A DNA stretch of 63,019 nucleotides, the filler included, from Octopus bimaculoides (lineage: Eukaryota): NCBI RefSeq assembly GCF_001194135.2. It is 4 parts of 4 records of this genome, joined end to end, with 100 filler letters (N's around TTAATTAATTAA, not from the genome) between each part and the next. Parts side by side here need not be neighbours in the genome. Positions count along the whole stretch, not along the records: positions 1 to 27,854 come from NC_068988.1; 3 more parts are not named here. One strand, 5' to 3'. The translations under genes were made by a program, and so were the position numbers. Shown piece after piece: positions 1-11,040 of the stretch (the first letter of the stretch is position 1; the number at the start of each line of letters is the position of its first letter). A model generated the notes under the pieces. That model searched no databases. It saw nothing but the letters and a program-made list of their open reading frames with translations, and had not been told where the DNA came from.

Positions 1-328
1 CATTTTGAGCGTGGCCGTTGCCAGTACCGCCTGACTGGCTCCCGTAGGATTTTCGAGCGAGATCGTTGCCAGTGCCCCTGGACTGGCTTGTGTGGGTGGC
101 ACATAAAAGACACCATTTCAAGCGTGGCCGTTTTCGTGCGGGTGACACGTAAAAGCACCCACTACACTCTCTGAGTGGTTGGCGTTAGGAAGGGCATCCA
201 GCTGTAGAAACTCTGCCAAATTAGACTGGAGCCTGGTGTTGCCATCCGGTTTCACCAGTCCTCAGTCAATTCGTCCAACCCATGCTAGCATTGAAAGCGG
301 ACGTTAAACGATGATGATGATGATGATG
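1..328 (+). mobile_element. 3' part of a SINE with an RTE-type tail ending in (GAT)n
   Basis: GGCGTTAGGAAGGGCATCCAGCTGTAGAAA...CCCATGCTAGCATTGAAAGCGGACGTTAAACGATGATGATG; related decayed copies at ~17150-17520 (+) and ~11920-12110 (-). Confidence 0.75.
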
Positions 329-895
329 TGGCTGAGGTTGGGTGGGTGTTATTTTGACAAATACAAAAAAGATTTTTATTTCACAGGAAACTGAAAATCA
401 TAGAAATGCAAATAAGTCTATGTGTATATGCATGACTCTGTGTGTGTGTGCGTGTGTGCGTGTGCGTGTGTGTGTGTACATGTTCCTAATTCTGGTATCT
501 GTACAGTTTCTCTAACTGAAAGTTATGAAAGCAGCAAAGACAGTCAAAAGTGTTTGTTATACAGTACTAATTATGAAATAAGACAGAGCAGTAATTATGC
601 TGAGGTGGTGTCTGTCAAATGTCAACAGTGGCAATATAAGGAGAAAAAGTAGGGTGTGATTATTGAGATCTTAGGGTCAGAAATAATAATGAGTAAAACT
701 AATTACATCAATCACATAATTATTACCTGCTCTGAGGCTTCTGTTTATGCAGACATGTAACTTTGGATTTGATATTTTAATTTTTTTTTAAATAAGTAGA
801 TTCTTGTTTGCTTTTGTACATTTCATCTTTTCTATACATGTGTGAGTGTGTATGTGTGTTTCTACCCATTTAGATGTATCATACATGCATACATA

Positions 896-1384
896 CCATA
901 AATCCTCAAGTATACTCCGCCCTTGAGTATAATATGCAGGGGATTTTGAGGGAGCTGTACCTCTGAAAAAACCTAAACCTTGTGTATAATACGCACCCCT
1001 TCTCTAACTTGAGTCAAGGAGGTCTGTATAACATCCTTGGTTTGTAAACATATATACGGTAACGTCCTTTATTATTATTGTATATATAATATAATGCAAA
1101 TGTGTAGCTTTTTTGTGCACTTTGTTTGCAGAAAATAAAGAAATAACAGTAATAACATCAGTGAAAAATAAATATTAAGTAAATTGCCTTTACATATTTA
1201 TCACTATCAGTTACAAACCCGAAATCACAAAATGCGTCTGAATAAACATTGCCGGACAGCAAATAGAGACTCGGACATTGCTTAGAAAATATTTTTCATT
1301 TTTAACCTCGTATATAGTACGCACTAGGGATTTTGACCTTTAAATTTGGGGAAAAAAATGCGGATTATACTCGAGGATTTACGG
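896..1384. mobile_element. Tc2/pogo-like MITE
   Basis: TIRs CCATAAATCCTCAAGTATACTCCGC and (reverse complement) CCGTAAATCCTCGAGTATAATCCGC; TA at both ends (894-895, 1385-1386); no ORF. Confidence 0.8.
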
Positions 1385-1440
1385 TATCTATTTACCTACA
1401 TACATATTTCAGAATTTCCTTTTCTTAGAGTGATAGCTAA

Positions 1441-1638
1441 CCCATTAGCATTTAAACTAGCCATATCCAGCCCAAATATTCTACCTATTTTATGTTAAAA
1501 CCAGCCAGATCCAGCCTCTTATACCTACCCTATGATGTCATTCTAAAAAAATTACTATCACATCATCAAAATTTTAAAGCTCTGAAATAATGCATGACTA
1601 ATCATTACATTTGACTGAGTAATCTGAATGCTAAAGGG
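1441..1638. mobile_element. small piggyBac-like MITE
   Basis: Ends CCCATTAGCATTTA / TGAATGCTAAAGGG are inverted repeats; CTAA (TTAA-like) on both sides. Confidence 0.55.
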
Positions 1639-2326
1639 CTAAACAAAAACAGGAGTTTGTCACTCTCAGCTATTGCATGGCTGTTGACTCTGAGTTCATC
1701 CATCCTGTGACAGGTTTTGTTTTTCACCTTCTTTACCAAATGCTTTTTAGGGTTGCCAGTTTAATCACCAATGGTTCAACCATGCGACTGGTTGTACTGG
1801 GTTACATGTTACTAGCAACACTAAGAGTAACCTGACATATATCTACTTACCTATCAACATACATACATACCTGTCTACATACATATCAATCTACCTACCT
1901 ACATACATACCTATATATCTACATACATACTTATATATCTATATCAATGGGAGGGAAAATATATATGGACAAAACCTATAACTTCACTATTGTGATTACG
2001 AATTTACATTTTATGCCAGTAAATATTTGTGCAGTCAGTTACATTAGTGAATGTGTAAGCATAATCAGGAAAAGATTGGATTTTCAGTAAAAAAAATGAG
2101 TCTGGCTAACGCAAAGTTTACAGATACAATCAGTAAGTGCAACAGTAAAAATATTCCAGATTTTTCTAAAGTTCAACTTGTAACAATTATTATTGTTATT
2201 TAAATTTCAGTAATGGAGCTTCTGTTCTTTCTTTCTGTTTATTTTCTTTTTGGTGAACCAAAAAACAAAAAACGGTTAGAAATCAATTTCTTCATTCTAA
2301 TAATAACCCTAATAATAATACATATA

Positions 2327-3566
2327 CGGGGGTTAGACAAAATAATGGAAACACCTAGCATCATAGCATCATAATTTTGAAATATCTAAAGAACTGTTAA
2401 AAGTTTGTTTATTTTTATGTTTTTTGATTTATTATTAGTGTTGCTTAATATGTTTTGCTAAAATTGCTGTTTCTGTTCAGATATCATCAGAAAAAGGTAA
2501 TTAAAATTTATTAAAATGACAGATCTATTGAACTTTCAAAAAGATCAAATTGTTGGTGCTCATATGGCAGGTACGAGTGTAATGAAAACAGTCAAAATGT
2601 TTGGTGTATCAAGAAGTACTGTCTCGAAGGTAATGACAGCTTTTGAGAAAGGAGGAAAAACCTCCTCGTCAAAACAAAACTCCAGAAGAAAACCAAAACT
2701 TTCAGATAGGGACTGTCAGACTCTTACACGAATTGTTGGAAAGGATCACAAAAGTAGAGCTCTCAAAATTACTGCAGAGCTTAATCACCATCTCGAGAAC
2801 CTAATTTCCAGAAAAACTGTTTACCGGGAACTGCATAAAGCCAGATTTCACGAAACATTGCTAAGCATTTAGAGTGGAGTAAAAACCTACAGAATTGGTC
2901 CCTAGAGCACGAATGAATGTTATTTTCTCGGACGAGTCATCCTTTACCTTATTTCCGACCACTGGCTGAGTATACATGTAGAGGCAGCCAAAAGAAGCAT
3001 TTGACCCACACTGCCTTCTTCCAACTGTTAAACATGGAGGAGGATCTGTGATGATCTGGTGGGTAGGGCTATATCTTGGAAATCCACCAGCCCAATGGTT
3101 TGCCTTCATGGCAGAATTAATAATGAAGACTATTTAAGCATTTTATCTGATCAAATTCATCCTATGGTTGCAGAACTGTTTCTGGAGGGAAACGCAATCT
3201 TTCAGGATGATAATGTACCAATTCACACAGCTAAAGTTGTTACTGAATGGCACGAGGAACATTTTAATGAAGTTGAACATTTTATCTGGCCACTACAATC
3301 CCCAGATCTAAATATTATTGAACATTCATGGTGCATTTTAGAAAAACAAGTAAGGAGTCAATATCTTTCACCATCATCACAACAAGAACTGGAGACTGTT
3401 TTAGCTGAAGAATGGACAAAAATTCATTTGGAAAGAATTCAAACTTTGTACGAGTCCATACCTCATAGAATTCAAGCTGTAATTACTGCCAAAGGCAGTC
3501 CTACCCCACATTAAAATAAATTTGCTTGAAATTTCAAGGTGTATCCATTATTTTGTCCAACTCCTG
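2327..3566 (+). mobile_element. full-length Tc1-family DNA transposon (DD36E-type), decayed
   Basis: ~30-bp TIRs (2327-2356 CGGGGGTTAGACAAAATAATGGAAACACCT; 3537-3566 inverse), TA on the left, ~1.24 kb, internal transposase. Confidence 0.92.
2516..3514 (+). pseudogene. Tc1 transposase pseudogene (paired-like HTH plus DD36E catalytic domain)
   Basis: FGVSRSTVSKV HTH; VIFSDES, VKHGGGSVMIW, FQDDN...WPLQSPDLNIIEH; stops, frameshifts and a small deletion near 2850-3060. Confidence 0.9.
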
Positions 3567-3598
3567 TGTATATGTCCAACCCCTGTATATAGGTATGT

Positions 3599-3758
3599 AG
3601 GCACAGGCATAGCTGTATGGTTAGAAGTCTGCTTCCCAACCACACGGTTCCAGGTTCAGTCCCACTGTGTGACACCTTGGGCAAGTGTCTTCTTCTATAG
3701 CCTTGGGCTGACCAATGCTTTGTGTGTAGATTTGGTAGACAGAAACTGAAAGAAGCCT

Positions 3759-3809
<51 letters not shown>

Positions 3810-3900
3810 TTGCGTGTCTGTGTCTGTCCCCACACCATCACTTGACAACCATTGTTGGCCACAGTCAAATGACTGAAAGAAGTAAAAGAATAAAAGAATG
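3599..3900 (+). mobile_element. tRNA-derived CORE-type SINE (octopus OR2-like) with internal (TA)n
   Basis: tRNA-like head with B-box GGTTCAGTCCC, CORE-like GACACCTTGGGCAAGTGTCTT, internal microsatellite, 3' CAAATGACTGAAAGAAGTAAAAGAAT. Confidence 0.8.
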
Positions 3901-5014
3901 TGCGTGTCTACATGTGCACTTGTGTATGCATGTATAATGCAATAATGCAACTTCTATTTTCTGATGATGTATATACATAAAAAAGAGGATCAGGGGAAGG
4001 GTGGGAGCCATTAGTAAGCTGACACCTAAAACATTACTAGACCAATTCCATCACCTCTATTTAGGGCTACTTCAGACTACCATTATCTAATATGAGCTTA
4101 CCCTTTTAAAAATGGTAAGGTAGCATGATTTAAGGGCTATTTCACTGCTTGAGTGGCTATGTGGTGATCTCCATGCTAGCTTGTGTGTGTGTATTGAATG
4201 CAGTGATAACCACAGTGAAAGTGGATGCATGAAATATGACAGTCTTTGATTCCACAAAGTTTCCTGGTCTTTCAGGTAGGAAATCTTTGTATAGATTTTT
4301 TTCTTTTCATTTATTTACTTATTTATCTCTATTTCTTATATTTCATCATAAGCATGTGTATGTGTGTCTTTTGAGCATGTATATTTGGGTTTATATATTA
4401 TACTGTTTGTATTTGTGTCTTTTTTTTCCCCCTTCTGTCTTTAGTCATCATATTGCATAATGTGATGATGGTGGGGGTGTTATTGTTCCAATTGTATTTT
4501 CTGTTGAGGTTCAGTCTGTCTATTACTAAAGAAAAAAACTATATAAAGGGCACAGATACAAATAATATAGTAAGCAAACCCATACACACATACAAAACAC
4601 TTAGATATGTGTACACACATGCATGCACAGACACACACACACAGATACAGATGCAAATGCATATGCAGATAAGGATACACGCCATAGAAAGACAGAATGG
4701 ACTAAGCAGAACATATGGAGTCACTGAAGAGGTCACAAATGTATCACAAAAGATTTCCAGACAATGGACATAAGATAAAATAAGAACAATAATAAATGAG
4801 TGAAGAACAAATATATAGTGTGTGTGTTTATTTGGCAAGAGAAAGAATGACCATCCTGAAATATAACAATATATGTTTCAATACACAGTTTCACATCAGG
4901 AATCTTGGAAAACAAACTCACAATCGACCCCAGAACTTATTTTTTGTAAGCCTAGTACTTATTCTATCAGTTTCTTTAGCTGAACTGCTAAGTTACGAGG
5001 ACGTAAACACACCA

Positions 5015-5175
5015 GCATTGGTTGTCAAGTTATGTTGGGGGGACAAACAAAGACAGACAAATACACACACACACACACACACACATATACGACGGGCTTG
5101 TTTCAGTTTCTGTCTACCAAATCCACTCACAAGGCTTTGGTCAGCCCTGGAACCATGTGATTGGTAAGCAAGCTA
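5015..5175 (-). mobile_element. CORE-type SINE fragment
   Basis: Reverse complement of CTGACCAAAGCCTTGTGAGTGGATTTGGTAGACAGAAACTGAAA plus (TG)n. Confidence 0.7.
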
Positions 5176-5490
5176 CTTTATTTCATTCAATTTGCCATAA
5201 AGGCAGTACACAGAGGAGTAGCTACAGGTTGGACAAACACATTAATGGGATGAGATGAATGATGAGTAAGATGGTATTAACAGGAGGAGACAGGAGCCGC
5301 CCGCCGAACTTTGCTTCTCTAAATCATTGTTCTTTTATAAATTTATACATAAATTTACAATTTGAGGCTATAAACCTCTTATTTTACAATTTCAATTTAT
5401 CATGTCTTTGAAATGATGCATTTGCCTCTTACACTTTTCTTTTTATGGGCCACAAACCCTTTCAATATGAGGCACTCGTCCTCTTACATT

Positions 5491-6648
5491 TTACCGCCCG
5501 ACCAGACTCCGTGCTTCACTTAAGCACCTCGCTGGTTCTTCATCGGGCAACTTCAGTAAGAAGCGGAATGCGTCTTTGGGGAAGGAATTCATCACCCTGC
5601 ACAAGTCTGTCTCCCATATGACCTCCGCAGTCACCTGCGGAGGCCAACTAGGGTTCTTGGTACAGGTGAGGATCCCTCTCGTCTGACCCTTCCTGGCAAA
5701 CTTTTTAACAAAATTTTCAACAGACCCTCCCTTGTGGAAGAGGACTACAAATTCCTCCTCCTCATAGGGCGAGGCCTCGGTTTCTAGTGTCGGCAGCATA
5801 ATTCCCACCAACAGGCCTTCCTCCGTTGGTGGCACAATTCCCACCAACGGAGCTTCGGGACACGTTGGCTGTGCACTACCGGGCTCTGGCCGTGTCCCAT
5901 TCTTTTTCTTCTTTTTTGGGGGTTTCACTGGAATAGGATGCACTTCCACCTTAGCCAGAAGGTCCTCCTCCTTTCCTGCAACTTTCGGTGAGCAACCATT
6001 GTTGCCCACCTTTCTTTTCTTCCCTTTCTTCGAGGAGGTTTCCACCTCCTCGACTTTCTCTGTCTCTCCCTCTACTAGGAGAGCGGGGGGAACAACATTT
6101 ATCAACTGTTTCAGGACCTTACTCTGGTCCTGGGGGCAGTCTTTCTTAATGTGGCCAGGCTCCAGACACAGGTGACATTAGGGGGGACGTCCCTCGACTA
6201 TCACTGGATACCTCTGCCTTCCATCCTTAAAAAATCTGGGAAAACAGATCTCTGGCTGATTGGGTCCGAAGGGTCAAAATGCTTTGGACCCAACCCAATC
6301 AGCTGTAGGTAAAATTTTCACGTTTAGGAGCTTAGCTCCGCTGCCACCCAGACCCCGTCGGATAGTTTCCTCTATCCAGTCAGGTTCTATGCTGGGTTGC
6401 AGCCCACAGACCCAAGCTTGAGTTAATTTCTTTCCGCAGTATGTGGGAAGAAACAGAATTTTTTCCCCTTCTAAGGGCTGGCTCGCAAACTTGTGAGCCA
6501 CCTCAGGGGTGTCAAATAGCAACCATACCATCGCGTACCTGACACCCCTTGCCATAAACTTAATAGTTGGCAGATATTCTGCCAACTCTTTTTCAATGTT
6601 AATTTTGGGAAAGACCGTAATAGTATCGAGTGACTTAGAGTACGTCAC
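5491..6648 (-). pseudogene. gag-like ORF1 of a Tx1/L1-type non-LTR retroelement with CCHC zinc knuckle
   Basis: ORFs 6274-6648 and 5491-6105 share one frame, broken by two stops; bridge reads YPVIVEGRPP*CHLCLEPGHIKKDC (CX2CX4HX4C), then a K/E/P-rich tail. Confidence 0.8.
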
Positions 6649-7263
6649 TATACATCATTATACGGTACATTCAACTCCTCAAAACTGGTTTTTTAACAAG
6701 TCTTTATACTGTCTTGGTCCCCACTGGTTTACACTTTTTTTGCTTTCCAGCAGATGACAGCTCACCATAAAAACCATACACACACATACATATATATTAT
6801 CATCATCATTATTTTAAAATCTACTTTTTCCAGACGGACTTGGTTGTGGCAAGCTTTCTATGGTGCGATGCCCATCCTGTCACCAAACCTCACCTCTTTC
6901 CAAATAAGGTAATATTTCCTCAAGGTTAAACATGTTTTCATGGAAGATTGGAAAGAGACTCCCACTTGTATGATGGTGACACTTGTTTGCAACTATCATC
7001 AGATGTCAAGACAAGGGGATACTGATACACATGCACAAGCACACACACATACACATGCATACACACCATGCATACTTTTGCAACAGGCTTCTTTCAGTTT
7101 CCATTGGCCAAGTCCACTTACAAGGTTTAATCAGCCTGAGGGTTGGAGACACTCATACTTTCGGGTTGATAAATTAAGTACCAGTGAAATACTGGGATCA
7201 ATGAAATCGAATGTCCCCTCCCACCAAAATTTCAGGCCTTGTATCTTTAGTGGAAATGATTAG

Positions 7264-7297
<34 letters not shown>

Positions 7298-7329
7298 TTT
7301 TTTTTTNNNNNNNNNNTTTTTTTTTTTTT

Positions 7330-7520
7330 AAGCGTGCTGGTAAAATCATTAGCATGCCAGGTATAATGCTTAGTTGTATTTCATCCCTCTTTACATTCTG
7401 AGTTCAAATTCAACCAGGGTTGTCTTTGCCTTTCATCCTTTCAGGGTTAATAAAATAAGCACCAGCTGATGTTATCAACTTATCCACTTCTCTGAACTTG
7501 CTAGTCTTGTGTCAAAATTT
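7330..7520 (+). mobile_element. second tRNA-SINE family copy (decayed) after (ATT)n
   Basis: TCTGAGTTCAAATT...CTTTGCCTTTCATCCTTTCAGGGTT...AAATAAGCACCAG, matching the young copy at 29002. Confidence 0.7.
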
Positions 7521-8499
7521 GAAGGTATTATCATTACTATTGTCATTGTTGTTATTTTACATCCAACTTGCAATGTAGGTTACTCACTTCGTTTGTCAAC
7601 TTGAGATTTTCACTCTTTCTAACAGTATCCATCTTTGTGTGTGTATGTGTTTAAAATAAAGTGCGGAAAATAGTAGTACTGTCAGTGGTGGTGGTGTAGA
7701 CATGGTGTGATGGCTGTGGTGGAGATTGTTTAAAAGTACTGATGCATCAGTGTTGATTATGATGGTGATGGTGGTGATGTAGGGGTGGTAGTAGTGTAAT
7801 GGATGAAGTAGTGCAATGGTAACGAGGAGGAGAAAGTGGGCAAAAAATGATAGTGTTAATATCTGCTGCTATATGTCATGCTGTTGATATATTGAAACAT
7901 AAATCATTGATTCTTATTAAATAGACATTAGTTATAACAACAGATATTGATCACAATAAAAAACAATAAACAACAGTGGTAATGAAAAAATTCTTGTGAG
8001 GATAACCAGACAATGCAGTCTAAGACTCTGGAAATGTCTTAAATTATTTCAGAATCTCAGTTCCTAATCCAAATGCTTCTTCTGTGGCAGGTGGGTGTAG
8101 TGTTGAGGTTGTAGGGGGTGGTGGCAAGAGTGGTGGTGCTGAAGTAGTAGTGGAGTAGTAGCGGCAATATTGGGGTAGTAGTGAGGCAGGTGTCAGGCAA
8201 TTTCATTGTTGTGTGGCGGAACTGACAGTTCTGATATCTCTCTGAGTCATTCTCATAAATGAAAAATTTTGTGTAACATCCCTAGATTTTCCAACTCACC
8301 CAGCTTCCACCAAACTGGAACCAAACCCATAAATACTCAAAGAGATTCATGCCTGTTATTTTACTCCATCTTTAACTGCCAGCAGTTGTGAGATGATTTC
8401 TTTACTGGAATAAATGGAAGGAAATCTGGCAAGTAATGACTCAACAATGAATTAATACTGGATGGCCATAACAGAATTAATAATAATCATGATTGTTTC

Positions 8500-8707
8500 A
8501 AATTTTGGCACAAGGCCAGCAATTTTAGAAGGAAGGTATTTGTTGATTACATTGACCCCTGTGCTTAATTGGTACCTACTTTATTGGCACCCCTCTCCCA
8601 AAGGATGAAAGGCAAAGTTAAACTTGGGGAAATTTGAACTTAGAATGTTAAGAGCTAGGAAAAATGCATTTTGTCCAACATTCTAATGATTCTGCCATCT
8701 CACCACC

Positions 8708-8710
<3 letters not shown>
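8500..8710 (-). mobile_element. tRNA-SINE copy abutting (TAA)n
   Basis: AAAGGATGAAAGGCAAAG...GGAAATTTGAACTTAGAATG...GATTCTGCCATCTCACCACCTT then (AAT)n at 8709-8750. Confidence 0.7.
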
Positions 8711-8752
<42 letters not shown>

Positions 8753-9124
8753 GTTTCAAGTTTTGAAACAAGACTAGCAAGTTTAGAGTCACTGGTACTT
8801 ATATCAACCCCAGTTTATCACTGGTACTTTATTTTGTCAACCGCAGTACTTCACTGGTATTTCATTTTATATCAATCCCAGTACTTCACCTAATTTCAGC
8901 TTAGAATGTAAAGAGATGTAACTAATTGTTGTGGCGGATTCCTCCAGGTGAGAAGTGGGCTGGTCCACTATATTGATAGTGGACTGATGCAGTCAGTAAG
9001 GTCAACAATCAGTGAAGGTACGCTGTTCGGACTAGTCCCGCAGAGATGACAAAATATGTCATCATAATGGGATATATCAGTGGCGACAAGGTTTCATAGC
9101 TCACGCAGTGAAAAATATTAGAGA

Positions 9125-10502
9125 CTTGCAGAAATACCCGGCTTTGCCCAGGTTAAAGAGAATAATGAAATCTAAAAACGCCGTCTAGACTACACAACCC
9201 TCAACTGTTAGTAGCTACGATACCATATTTCTACATTAATAACTCTCCAATCCATGCCAGCATGGAACATAGACATTAAGTGGAATGCCAGTCTCTCATC
9301 TAGGAGGGCCTTGAAATCAATGTTACCAACTGGGGACTATGTGTGTCGCAGTGATAATAAAAAGACCCAAAGGAGGTCTGCAACGAAATAATTTTACTCA
9401 ACACTTTGCAAGTGAATCAGTGGAGGCAAAGATGCGTCTCATTTNNNNNNNNNNNNNNNNNNNNNNNNNNNNNNNNNNNNNNNNNNNNNNNNNNNNNNNN
9501 NNNNNNNNNNNNNNNNNNNNNNNNNNNNNNNNNNNNNNNNNNNNNNNNNNNNNNNNNNNNNNNNNNNNNNNNNNNNNNNNNNNNNNNNNNNNNNNNNNNN
9601 NNNNNNNNNNNNNNNNNNNNNNNNNNNNNNNNNNNNNNNNNNNNNNNNNNNNNNNNNNNNNNNNNNNNNNNNNNNNNNNNNNNNNNNNNNNNNNNNNNNN
9701 NNNNNNNNNNNNNNNNNNNNNNNNNNNNNNNNNNNNNNNNNNNNNNNNNNNNNNNNNNNNNNNNNNNNNNNNNNNNNNNNNNNNNNNNNNNNNNNNNNNN
9801 NNNNNNNNNNNNNNNNNNNNNNNNNNNNNNNNNNNNNNNNNNNNNNNNNNNNNNNNNNNNNNNNNNNNNNNNNNNNNNNNNNNNNNNNNNNNNNNNNNNN
9901 NNNNNNNNNNNNNNNNNNNNNNNNNNNNNNNNNNNNNNNNNNNNNNNNNNNNNNNNNNNNNNNNNNNNNNNNNNNNNNNNNNNNNNNNNNNNNNNNNNNN
10001 NNNNNNNNNNNNNNNNNNNNNNNNNNNNNNNNNNNNNNNNNNNNNNNNNNNNNNNNNNNNNNNNNNNNNNNNNNNNNNNNNNNNNNNNNNNNNNNNNNNN
10101 NNNNNNNNNNNNNNNNNNNNNNNNNNNNNNNNNNNNNNNNNNNNNNNNNNNNNNNNNNNNNNNNNNNNNNNNNNNNNNNNNNNNNNNNNNNNNNNNNNNN
10201 NTACAGTATCAAAATGTGATTGTTTCAGTTAGTAGAAGAGTTTCATTTTTAAAGTGAAAGTATTTGACATGAGTGTTTTTGTTTCACTTTTGACACATAA
10301 TACTTAAATAGTGGAGGAGATATTATGTTGCCGTGGGCTCGAACTCTGCAAGAAGTTAAAATTTTTTTTTTACTAAAACACAACTGGAACCCTAAGTAAG
10401 GCATCTGTAAAATTTGAATGAGATTGGTTGCGTAGTTCTCAAGTTTTAGGGATTCACACAGACAGACAGACAGACACACATTCTCATTTTTATATATATA
10501 GA
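9125..10502 (-). mobile_element. non-autonomous Helitron nested in the LTR element (middle is an assembly gap)
   Basis: Minus strand starts A|TCTATATATATAAAAATGAGAATG and ends with hairpin CCTGGGCAAAGCCGGG then CAAG|T (CTAG-like); A|T insertion site. Confidence 0.8.
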
Positions 10503-10515
10503 TTCCAAAGTAGGA

Positions 10516-11040
10516 TTTGAACTAACACAGAACTACACACAGTGAAAAATATATAAATTCTATTGAAAAAAGATTTTGAAGAAAAAATGTCTGATAAAAC
10601 TGGAACTCTAACACAGAACTGAACTACACAGTGAAAAATAATACACACACAATGAAAAATATACAAAATTCTATTGAAGAAAGATTTTTAAGAAGGAGAT
10701 GTCTGATGGGGCTGAAACTCAAACACAGAACTGAACTACACGCAGTAAAAAATTATATAGGTCAGTTTGAAGGATTTTAGTCAGGTCACTATGTAGTAGT
10801 GGTGCCTGTAATAATGTAAGACTTGGTACTACCTGCAGCATTTTGAAAAAAAAATGCTACTGTGTGGAACAAAAAAAAACATAATGATAAGTCTGTTCAA
10901 AGGATTTATTTATAAGTCAGGTCGTTCTATGTAGTAGTGCTACCAGTAATAATGTAAGACTTTGTACTACAGGCAGCATTTTGAAAAAAAATGCTTCTGC
11001 ATGGAACAAAAAAATAATAAGTCCAGGCGAAGGATTTAAT
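10516..11040 (+). repeat. two tandem-repeat arrays inside the LTR element
   Basis: Recurring unit with AACACAGAACT(GAACT)ACAC...TTCTATTGAA...GATGTCTGAT (10516-10750); ~150-bp unit with AGTCAGGTC...TATGTAGTAGTG...TAATAATGTAAGACTT...GCAGCATTTTGAAAAAAAATGCT twice (10755-11040). Confidence 0.75.

Noticed and set aside
5280-5310. Possible snRNA/tRNA target site for the Tx1-like element
   Set aside because: The flanks do not match U2, 5S or tRNA sequences as I recall them, and no TSD was found.
8053-8090. Plus-strand candidate micro-exon; similar ones at 33075-33118, 36118, 47297-47319 and 30048-30060
   Set aside because: Such splice-site pairs arise often by chance in AT-rich DNA; both strands give candidates and no consistent chain could be built.
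9339-10257. Long ORFs full of X here and at 20855, 35157, 40145, 43823, 56175, 59016, 60149 and 61981
   Set aside because: They are translations of N gaps.
10516-11040. Repeat-spacer look resembling a CRISPR array
   Set aside because: Units are long, contiguous and degenerate with no unique spacers; eukaryotic context and inside an LTR element.
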